From Schmidtea polychroa (Eukaryota): 64,000 nt of DNA. The translations under genes were made by a program, and so were the position numbers. Below the pieces are notes generated by a model that saw nothing but the letters and a program-made list of their open reading frames with translations, did not search any database and was not told the DNA's origin. Location: assembly GCA_044892525.1 (NCBI GenBank), contig CM097885.1, positions 236,842,001 to 236,906,000 on the forward strand, written 5' to 3'. How positions within the stretch are numbered: the stretch's first letter is position 1; each line of letters begins with the position of its first letter. Shown here in pieces: positions 53,419 through 64,000 of this stretch.

Positions 53419-53591
53419 GCAATGGATTGAGTTTTGTGGGTAGGTGGTTTATTGCGATTGTAAATTTTTATGGATTGTTGTTTTAGAAATTATTTGATTG
53501 GAAACCGGATTTAATTTGGTTGTTTTAAAGGGAGATTGTGGAAGACATTTTAAATTGGTTTAAAAGTGAATTCTGGAAATTTGAATTTGTA

Positions 53592-54221
53592 ATGCGAGAG
53601 GGAAGTTTTGTGCATCATTTGGAATGTTTTGGTTGTCAAGAATGTAATCATAGAGGAGCTCATGGAATTATTGTTGTGGTTGATGTTACCGATCAAGATT
53701 CGTTTAACAATGTTAAAAATTGGCTTAATGAAATCGACAGATATGCGAAAGGAAAAATTCCCGATAAATTAATTGTATCGATTGTCACGGAACTTTCACA
53801 GTTGTTGCCAGCATTTTTCATGATTATGCATGGGATCGAGTCTTCTAAATTCACAGATAAGTTCGTCAATAAAGGCAACGATATTGTATTATGTATTCGT
53901 GAGGAAATAATATTGAATCATGCTATGTCGGATCTTTCAAATCGATTTGTTTGCAACACGGAAATCAGAAATTATTTAATTGAAGAATTATCCAACAGAT
54001 TTTCTCAGTTGTCCGAATTAAAACATCAGGGTACTTTGGCGTTTATTTCATGGATACCAGAAACAATGAAAATCAATAGTCGTATGATTATGGCTGCATT
54101 AACATCTGACATTGGACATGACAGTGAAATGGACAAAATGACATTCAAAATTGATCCACTGTCCTCTTTGGAGAAAAATAAAATTCTTATTCGTTCGTTT
54201 GATCTGAATCAACATCCATAA
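53592..54221 (+). CDS. Chimeric open ORF: LIM-domain piece, Rab1 piece, unassigned region and cofilin piece
   Basis: [16 protein letters not shown] (LIM), [31 protein letters not shown] (Rab1) and [24 protein letters not shown] (near-identical DNA to 26279-26358). AATAAA at about 54245. Confidence 0.7.
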   Translation: MREGSFVHHLECFGCQECNHRGAHGIIVVVDVTDQDSFNNVKNWLNEIDRYAKGKIPDKLIVSIVTELSQLLPAFFMIMHGIESSKFTDKFVNKGNDIVLCIREEIILNHAMSDLSNRFVCNTEIRNYLIEELSNRFSQLSELKHQGTLAFISWIPETMKINSRMIMAALTSDIGHDSEMDKMTFKIDPLSSLEKNKILIRSFDLNQHP

Positions 54222-55129
54222 ATTTTCCTTTTAATGCTCCAGTGAATAAAAATTGTATATTACTGATATATGCCTATTAGTTCACTAGTCAATATTTACA
54301 GATTTTAATGTAAGTAACTAAACTCTTAAATCCTTAACTGTAGCAGTGATTTGGTAACATAGTTCATAGATCTGAAAATGTTGGAAACTCTATTCTTGAA
54401 GAGACAATTAAAAAACCTTTGTGCACAATTTCGCACAATTTTGTACAATTTCAAAAAAACTACGGTATAGCTGTTAGTACTGCGGTCTACTTACTTATGA
54501 AAGGCGTGTGTAGCAGAAGGGACACCAAAACCAATATACGTCCTTGGACATGGATGGCATATAAAAGGTTAAAAATATTTCATCAAAACAATATAAAAAT
54601 TAATCCAGGCGAAAAACTTTTACTAAACCAGTAAATATTATTGGAAATATTTTTACTTAGTTTGATCGCAATTTTGATAATGCCAAAATGATTATATACC
54701 AATTTAATATCTAAAGTCATCTCTGATTTCAGGTTAAATGGGGAAATAGTTATGTTGACCGTTTGACGGATTACCGAGGTGGGATTTCCCTGTAGATATG
54801 ACTGCCAGAATAGTTAAATCCGGCATAAATTTTGTTGACAATTATCTTTATCAGCTTTAACTTTGATAATATAAAAATAAATTAATTTTGTAATTAATAT
54901 ACGATTGCTTTTCCTGGCAAAGGGAATATATTTGACAGTTGATAATTATATTCTGAATAACTAATAAATGGGTTTTATATTATTTTAACATACATAATTG
55001 CAATAATATTATCATTAAAAATAAAATGTATGCTAGTGAAGGAGATTTATATATTTTTGGAAATCTCATAATCTTAATTACGGAAAATATAAAATATTCT
55101 TTTATTTTAAACTGACAACTTTTCTTCTT

Positions 55130-56560
55130 CTCCAAAAATCCATAAAGATGGCGTGCTTATGAGACCTGTTTTATCCATGATTGGCACTGCCCAGTATAAA
55201 ATAGCCAAATTTTTTGATGGATTATTGAAACCATTAATACGATCAGAATTTGAATGTAAAGATAGTTTTGAATTTGTTTCCTGCATTGCACAATATGATA
55301 GAGAAAGTATGGATGAAATTATGGTTTCGTTTAATGTTTGTAGTCTGTTTACTAATGTACCATTGGTTGAAACAATTGAATTATGTTGCTTGTTATGGAA
55401 TGAAAATATTTCTGAACATCATATTTTGGATGGAAGAGCATTTCGTGAACTTCTTGTATTTGCTACTTTAAAAATCAATTTTCTTTTCAATAATGAATGG
55501 TATCAACAAATAGATGGAGTTGCTATGGGTTCTCCTTTAGCACCAACGATGGCTTCAATTTTTTTAGCAAGCTTAGAAAAGAAAATTGCATCTTTTTAAT
55601 GTATGAAACCCACTGTTTATAAACGGTATGTGAATGATATTTTTCTTATATTTGAAAATCAGAGGCATGTTGATCAGTTTTTGCATTATATGAATAGTCT
55701 ACATAAAAACATTGTATTCACATGTGAAACGGCGAAAAAATAACCACTTGCTTTCTTGGATTTGTTAAAACAACGCAAAGAGAAACACTATGAGACAGAG
55801 ATTTATAGAAAACCAACTGATACTCTCTCTCTAGACTTCATCCGAAAGTTTTTGTGAATTCAAGTATAAAAGAAATATGGTGAAGGGTTTGATTTATCGT
55901 TCATGGTCTTTTTCTTCTACTTTTGAAAATTCAGTAAAAGTGTTGATAAATTGGTTGAAATGTTAATGAAGAACGGTTATTCAAAATCCTTTTTATTAAT
56001 TATGGTAAAAGAGACTGTTGACAAATTTATTAAAAATTTTAAGGATCCATGTTTGAGCAAATCTGAGTGTGATGTTGTTGAGGTGTGTGAGTCTGATGAG
56101 TCAAATAAATTAAATAGTGTGAGCAAGGATGATGAGCCTAAATTTGTGTTAGTATTGCCGTACTCAGAAGGTTTTAAGGATTATAAAGTGAAGATAAGAA
56201 AGCAGTTAGGGAATTTAAACTATAGGACAGTGTCAACTTCGTGGAAAGTACGCAATATCTTTATTAATAAGTCTAAAACTCCGGTCGAATTGTGTTCCAT
56301 CTCATTTATCATTTTACATGCAATGGGTGTAATGCCACATACATTGGAGAGACTTCCCGTCATCTCTGTATTCGAGCTCGAGAACATTGTAGACCGAAGG
56401 CTTTGACCCATATTAGTTAGCACAATAAGGGCTGTAAGATTAAAATAGGTATGTTGATTTTAAATTTTATTAAAAAAATTTGATAACTATTGGGAACGTG
56501 TGATTTGTGAGGTGTTGTTGATAGAGTCATTTGAATCCGAAAATTAATGTGCAGAATGCA
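55130..56560 (+). mobile_element. Penelope-like retroelement, 5'-truncated and degenerate (RT plus GIY-YIG)
   Basis: PKIHK..RP, SF.V.SLFTNVP, GVAMGSPLAP, RYVND (YVDD mutated), FLD and YRKPT. GIY-YIG IYHFTCNGCNATYIGETSR..RAREH lies in a shifted frame. Confidence 0.9.
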
Positions 56561-58320
56561 GTGAATACTTGTATTTTAAATGTTTTTAAATAATATTTTT
56601 CTTGCATATTGTATGTATTAATTGTTGTGTTAAATTTAAATATTAATAAAATTTTTTAAATTATTAAATTAAATTCTGAATTCTAAAATTTTAAAAATAA
56701 TTAAATGTTTTTATTAAATAAAAAAGTTTTTATATAATTAATAAATAAATATAAATAAATTGTAAGTCTTCATTATAAATTGACTAATATATATTTATAT
56801 ATAATTATAAATGGATACTAAGTAAGAGAGTGAATAAAATTCATAAATATGTAAATTATTTTCTTCTTGAAAATAATTTTGAAACCAAATTTTCATTTAT
56901 TAAAAGCAAAAGTCTCCAACCTAAATTGTTACCAAGGGCTAAAATAAAATTTTAAAAAAATTATTGGGGTGTATACAGTGATGAAAAAAAATTCATTTGC
57001 AATTTTTTAGGGTCCGTAGCTTGTGTACCTTATGCCCATATGTAATAGGTAATCCGAAACTTGATGTATAAATACACAGTGATGAGAAGTAATAATAACC
57101 ATCAAAAAGATTTGTAATATAAAAAAATGTTATTAAAGAAAATACCTATATCTATACTCTTATACGGATTGTTAAAAGAAATCATCATACCTCCAATATA
57201 TTCATCCCAAACTTGATGTTGAATTTATATTGGTCTGTTAGTAATATCATCAAAAATTAAGCTTGTCATTTAAAAGGTTTGTAGTTTATTCCTCATTGTC
57301 AAAAATAGCTTTCATTTTATCAATCTGAAAAAAGGTTGAAGATCTTTGATTAAAACAATGTGAAACTTAATCACAAAAATGTTATTAAATTTAATTCTAT
57401 TTGATTAGATTTTTTACCGAAATAGAATTTTGCAAGAGTTAAAAAATTTAATTGATATTTTTAAAATTATTTTATTATATTTTACATTTATTTTATTATA
57501 TTTTACATTTATCTAAATTATTTAAAAATATGAATTAATTACGCTTCAAATGAAGAGAGGAAAAATTATGAATTCATTATTGGATGTATTATATGAATAT
57601 TTCAAATACAATTAAAACAAAAAAATACATATTATTGCTTGGAATATATTTTAAAATTAGCCCATGCTTCCTAACAATGCAGAGGCTTATAAAATGAAAA
57701 TGAAGTAACCAAAAATTACATTTTAATTTATAATTTTCAAAACAACAAATTCAAAATTAATCTTCAGGCGCAAAATTTACAAAAAAGAAAAAATTGCAGA
57801 ATAAAGTTTGAGTAGTTGTATTGATTTTTTTGTATATTGTTTTAGAAAAGAATTATTTGGAATGGATAATAAAAATTAAATGGAGAATCAAAAAGGGAAT
57901 GAGATGAAGTAAGCGGAAATGCTAATATTTTTTATTTATTATGTCCCAATACAATTTTATTAATTTTTACTATATTTTAATCAAGAGTGGTGTGAATATA
58001 TTGTATATGGAGTTGAAAGGAAAATACAAAAACATTCACGAGCAAATAAATATTTGTAATTTGCCTTATATTAATACAAAATCTAAAAATATTATTACAA
58101 ATAATTTCAAGTATCCATATTTCTTTTAAATGATGTCTTTTCTCAATTTTTATAAATCAAGATTAATGATTCTATAATTTAATAACACCCTATAGATAAG
58201 TTAAAACAACTCACTTATTATTTATTTATGAAGAAAATATTTTATACATGTATATTTTGGAAATATATGATATTTATTGGAAATATTTCGTCATTTCAAT
58301 GTGACAGTAGATCAAAAAAT

Positions 58321-58424
58321 TAATTTTTTAAAGTGACACAAATTTTCGGCACGACTTTTATCATGTTTAATTTATAGAACTTGATAAAGGCAGTGCCGAA
58401 AATTTGTGCTACATCTAAAAATTA
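58321..58424. repeat. Palindrome of about 100 bp (MITE-like); half copy at about 61482
   Basis: ACAAATTTTCGGCAC..TTTATCA / TGATAAA..GTGCCGAAAATTTGT. Confidence 0.7.
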
Positions 58425-58513
58425 GATTTTAATTTATATTCAAAATTAAAATAAATCAAATATCAAAAGAAAACAGATAAAAGATAAACAGAAAAAGAAA
58501 ATATGTTACTGAT

Positions 58514-58609
58514 GATTCTAGGACGTTTCATCGCCGGATGATTCATCACAATTTTATTTAATATAATTTAATATTTAATACAATAATATAATATTATTAT
58601 TATTATTAA

Positions 58610-58696
<87 letters not shown>

Positions 58697-58864
58697 ATAA
58701 ATCTATTATATAAATTATAATATAAATCTAGACTTTTATGTATACATGTAAAATAATAAATAAATAATGGAGGTTTTTCTTTGCAATTAATATATCAGGA
58801 TGAACTGTTCTCTTGATGAATCGTCCGCCTGATGAACAGTCCGGTGATGAAATATCCGGATACC
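58514..58864. mobile_element. Mutator-like MITE containing (ATT)n
   Basis: 9-bp TSD GTTACTGAT (58505-58513, 58865-58873). Imperfect TIRs with TTCATC..CGGA repeats. Confidence 0.75.
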
Positions 58865-59325
58865 GTTACTGATAGATCGTCATAGAAAACGAAAAGAAAA
58901 ATGTCTAAATAATGAAATATCGCATGAATAGAAAAACTGTCCTTCCATCAAGTATGCAACTTCATTAGATCTAAATAATTTCCTTTTCAATGTTTTGACT
59001 TTTAGAATATTAGAATATCCATACAAATTGAGAAATTAGGCATTAAACTTTCAAGAAAACAAGAGAACATGTGAACAGCTATAAATGGGAAAAATATTGC
59101 TCAGAACTCTTTCAAAGAAGAGAATTTCCAAATTCGATTAAAATATCATTATTTAAAATATTCATTATTTATTAGCCATAGCTCTTCTTGGTCTTATAGA
59201 ATACATCACATATGTTATTTCTTCTCATCTTATTTCCCAGAATATCATAATTTATTAATACAGGGTTTTTCAAAATATTTAATCCTCTTTTTTGTTTTTA
59301 TTATTATGATAATTTGCTATAAATT

Positions 59326-59830
59326 AGTGTCTGACTAAAAAATTAATAACTTTTATACTACTAATGATAAAAATTATTTCAATGGCTCAAAAGATAGATC
59401 TCCGTCTGGGCTTTAAAATGAACTATAAATTGTTAAATTAATTTGAGATTTAGACTAAGTTTTGGGGCCACGAAAAGTAGGACTCCGCTGGCACAGTTAA
59501 CAAAATAATGATAATTTTTTCATAAGTCAGTGTCGGACTAAAAAATTAATAACTTTTATACCACTAGTGATAAAAATTATTTTTATGGCTCAAAAAATTT
59601 GTCTACTTCTGGGCTTCAAAATGAACTAAATATTTATTAAAAATTTTAAGTTTCAGACTATGTTTTGGGGTCACGAAAAGTAGGACTCCGCTGGCACAGT
59701 TAATAATATTTTTGAAAAATAATAATAATTTTTTATGAGTCATTGTCTTTGTTGTATGAGTCATCCGATGACTCATCACTCGTCTAGAACAAAGACAATG
59801 ACTAATCCAATGACTCATACAACAAAGACC
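59326..59830. repeat. Tandem duplication of about 203 bp followed by a TGACTCA/ACAAAGAC cluster
   Basis: Units start at 59326 and 59529, and each contains CCGCTGGCACAG. Motif cluster at 59736-59830. Confidence 0.75.
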
Positions 59831-62800
59831 CATTTATACTTAAAAAATAAATTTAGAAATGTTAGCCTCATTAGATTTTAAAAATCGTCTATAATAGATT
59901 AATTTTCTATTTTAGGAAATCATGCAAGAAAGACGTATAATTCAATAGCGGCAACCTATAGAACGCATTACACTATGTGGCACCTGAAATATTTTTTGTT
60001 GAGAAGCTTCAAAAATGACGATTTATGAAAATTTTAGTACTTTAACCTTCCCCTTACTGTAAATAAATAAAAATACATGTTTGGTTGGAATCGAGTGATA
60101 GAATTTACGCAAAACTTTCATTTCAGGTCTTTTGTGTTAATATTTTTAGAAAATGTATATTATAGTCAAATAAAATTATCTTAATCTAGATTTCTAGTTT
60201 TATTTCAGTGGTACGTTGAGTAGTCAGTACTTTTAATTACTCGTTTTGTGGAATTCCAGTACATTTAGGTTGGTAATCACTGGTATAGTCCATTTGTAAG
60301 TAACTCCTTGTGCAAAAATAACTTTAGCAAAGATAAAAACTATAATGAATTTATCCGGTAATCGACTCAAAGATAAAAGATTAAAAAATTGTTGACGAGT
60401 TGCTATTTCTAATATACCATAAAATATGACAAAACTTGTTGAAAATACTCAGTGCCAGATTCCGCATTATTAAACTATTTACTATAATATAATTTATTAT
60501 GACAAATACATGATTTGATTTAAATTATGACTTCAAAGGTAAGTAAAGGTTTTCTGAATCCCTAAAGTGCCACCTGGTTGAGTAAAGATTTTTAATTTTG
60601 ACCTTAACTAAAAATGGTTGCATCATTTCTTACAATAGTTTTCGAGAAGGTATCTCTTTTGTAAAGACAGAATTCAATGCACATGTAAACCTTAGATATT
60701 TTATTTTTCAACGAAACCCTGATGATTCACTATTTTCAGTAAGATGAAATAATAAAATTTCACCGAAAACTAAAAATGAATGTGACAACAAAACGTATTA
60801 GAATATCAAATAACGTCATAGCTGTAGAAATGAATCAGAAAATAGTGGGAAATAACTTATTCAAACATAAATTGAATCAACAATATATCCCAAAGAGAGA
60901 AAATATTAATTTGCCATGTATAAATTTACAAAATGTTTGTTTACAAATAGCAAACTTTACTTACTACCATCCTGAATCATTAGAATAAATAGATGATAAA
61001 TACACTTTTTTGGACAACTAGTTTTTTATTTAGCATAAATTTGGTATGGCTACCTCATTTAAAATTAATGACTTAGAATATTATGCATATGTTTGTATAT
61101 TGAAAAAAATATCGTTTTGATTTGTCTTTATTTTAAGTATAAGTGTGAGGTGAGAAAAAAAGAGAGTTTGACTTTTAGGGAAGGTATGACATATAAAAGG
61201 GAACGAACCCCTGCTCTAAGTTAATATGTTCAAACACTTGAAAAGGTATATCGAAAATTCGTGGTCAATATAAAAAAATTATCGATCTGAAATTTGAAAA
61301 GAAATGAAAATAAAGAAAATTGACAGAAAAAATAGATCAAAAATTTTAAAATTTAAATATTATTTATATTATATAAGAACTTTTTTTAAATTTCACCACT
61401 AATTTCTTTTCAATTGACATTGTATTTATTAAAATGCTTGACTATGAATCAGTAAATATATCGATGTTTTTGATATTCACTAATTTTCGGCACTGCCTTT
61501 TTCAAGTGACTTGAAAGTCTATATTGGTAACAAAAATAATTGTTTATGATCTGATAAAAATTATAGGTATTACATTTATTACACCAATAATAACAATAGA
61601 ACTAATTAGGTGGTACAAGTAATGTGATAAGCCAAATGTCATGCATTTTCAATGGTTAATTACACATATTTCGATAAGCTCTACAATTACAAGTTTCGAA
61701 ATTAACAAATAAATGTATAATAAAAGGGAATGGTTTTTAGTTTACGGATAAATGGCTGTTTAAAATAAAATTTTAATGTAATACTCGATGCGATTCACAA
61801 TGGCAGATTAGTTTCAACCTTATTTGACAAATGGCTTGATCCCTCAAAGATTGAACTCAGTTACTTTGCAATCAGACCATCAAATTTGGGCATTCTACCA
61901 CCATACAACGTCGAATATAACAATTATTGAATATAACCTATTTAATTTAGCAGAAAATAGTTACAGTATTTAAATAAAAACATAAATGCGAAATTAAAAA
62001 ATTCCATAATTCAACTGCTACTCAGACACTCAGAATCAGTCGGAAAGGCAAAATATCACAAATGGAGCTATATTATTTCAATTTACTACAAAAATATATC
62101 CAGCTATTAATATACTGATTCTATTCCTGTGTAACATAAAAATAGAAACCAAAAAAATAAAGTTAATGATTACCCAAAAAAACACTGAATGAATCCCAAC
62201 AAACCAACGGAAAACGAATTTCAAATTAGTTGACTATTCTAAATCTCTGTTCGATTAATGATTGAAAAAACGACTGTTGTAAATTTCACAAAGTTCTTTC
62301 ACTTCATTTTTCGGTCTCATTTATCTGCGTGACAAACTTGAAAAAGTTGCTGCAGTCAAAATGAGAATTGTCCTCATGGACCATTGGCTGCATAGGTAAT
62401 TATCCAACTGGGACTTGTTAATTGGAAATTGTAAGATACACAGTTGTCACAGGCCCATATTTAATTACAATCACTTGTCACAGAGAAATTATCAAATTAT
62501 CCCATAGACTTTCATTGTTTCCAATATATATATATATATATATAAATGAAAGATTAAAAAGTTTTAAACTTATTTTTGATAATAAATTATCTGTATAACC
62601 GAAACTACAAATTTATCAACTGAATTTACTAGATATTATCATATAATCTAAATGAGAATGTTATAATACTAAAATCAAAACTATATTAAACTAAATTTAT
62701 TAAATCTTTTATCCTTCTCACCACTGATTTATTAGTACTAATTTCAATTTATTATATTTTCGTTTCAGACAAATGATCAATACTTTTATTTATTTTATTA

Positions 62801-63036
62801 TTTCAAACAATTGATGAGGCTGTGATAAAAATTTACTTTAAATAAAAATATTGATCTATAATTTAAAATGAAGATAAAAGAAATTGATAATAATATGTTT
62901 ATTAGATCATAAATTTTAGTAAATGCTTAGGATTAATTATCTGTGAAGATTTATTACTTATCATCTACTTTTCCATAATAAATATGTAAAAAAAAATAAT
63001 ATAAGTTTCAGAAATATTTATTTATTTTTCCTTTTT

Positions 63037-63178
63037 TAGGACATACATTAGGACATACATTAGGACATACAATAGGACATACATTAGGACATACATTAGG
63101 ACATACATTAGGACATACATTAGGACATACATTAGGACATACATTAGGACATACATTAGGACATACAATAGGACATAT
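63037..63178 (+). repeat. 12-bp minisatellite (TAGGACATACAT), about 12 copies
   Basis: Directly visible. Confidence 0.95.
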
Positions 63179-64000
63179 GCATTACAAACATAAATTTACA
63201 AACTGGAAAACTAGATTATTTAGATAATTTATAAAAATTAATAAATTTAAGCATAATCATTATGCAGTTGTATCTTAATTGCACCTGATTAAAATTTTGT
63301 TTATATATTACAGTTTGTATTAAAAAATATGTAATCTGCATAACAGATAAGCAAAAAAAATTTTTTACCAAATTGTTGAATACGTCATGGGAAACAGGTA
63401 AAATTTGACAACATTTCATAATAATTTAAATTTATTTTTCTTGCTAAATCTATAAATAAAACAAACGTGATAAATTTATATTTATACATTAATTTCGTTT
63501 AAACTGATTGAAAAGTCAAGTTATTTTTTGAAATTTATTGCTATTTATATTTTTGAAAAAAACTGTTGAGCTGACATAAAATTTGAAAAAAAATTATTTC
63601 CGGGATTCAAATTTTTAATTAACAGAAAAAGATTTTAGAAATATTTATTTATTCAATACCTAATTACTGACAGTTCTATACGATTACATTCGAATATATT
63701 TCGTAACATTCGAGATTATTTACAGAGAATTGCCTAAAATCTTACATTCTATTTATAAAAATTAATTAATTTATTTTCATTTTTAACATAATAAATAAAC
63801 GAGAACATGTCAAAAATGAAAAAGAAAAATGATGCTACACAAGTGTTTGTTTTAATTCTAACAAACAAATTTTCAAAGCTTATAAAACATCGAATAATAA
63901 CAGAGACAAATAAAGAACAGCAATATTTCATTTTATATATTTGATATATATTTAACATAAATCAAAATATTATTATATTTTCAATAAATGTCAAAAGTGC

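Noticed and set aside
53640..53750. A functional Rab1 gene (likewise functional RACK1, PRP19 or cofilin at 26069-26700)
   Set aside because: Only short internal pieces are present. Rab1 lacks the P-loop and NKxD motifs, and there are no flanking splice sites linking to missing exons.

Overview
AT-rich eukaryotic genomic DNA with about 40-80 nt GT-AG introns and abundant (ATT)n; the host cannot be named from the sequence. It is dominated by mobile DNA. (1) A Maverick/Polinton (adintovirus-like) provirus with both ends lies at 2718-19697. It has AGT...ACT termini, a 6-bp GAGGGT target-site duplication and about 1.25-1.4 kb terminal inverted repeats (TIRs). It carries the core genes: protein-primed PolB, integrase, packaging ATPase, major and minor capsid proteins, adenain-like protease and pX-like protein. 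Several are disabled, and PolB lacks its C-terminal motif C because of an arm rearrangement. Its accessory cargo is unusual: a spliced Bcl-2-family gene, a TBP-like gene, a six-exon acidic protein with SIM-like motifs, a signal-peptide coiled-coil protein, and TIRs packed with TCAAGGTCA and TGA(C/G)TCA motifs. (2) Three loci (about 24.0/25.9 kb, 28.0 kb and 53.3 kb) share a fixed-spacing TCGCGTCTGTGTGCG inverted repeat. Two of them also share a covarying upstream hairpin. Each is followed by sense, intronless host-gene fragments: in-frame mosaics of cofilin, RACK1, PRP19, LIM and Rab1 in two copies, and RNF115/126 in the third. This is the best candidate for an undescribed gene-capturing element family. 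(3) Other mobile DNA: a Tc1/IS630-type DD34E element, hAT elements, a piggyBac-type MITE, MULE, Gypsy and Penelope relics, and further MITEs. There is also a frameshifted orphan GPCR, a RanBP2 zinc-finger ORF and scattered putative host exons. All protein assignments come from motif recognition by eye, not database searches.
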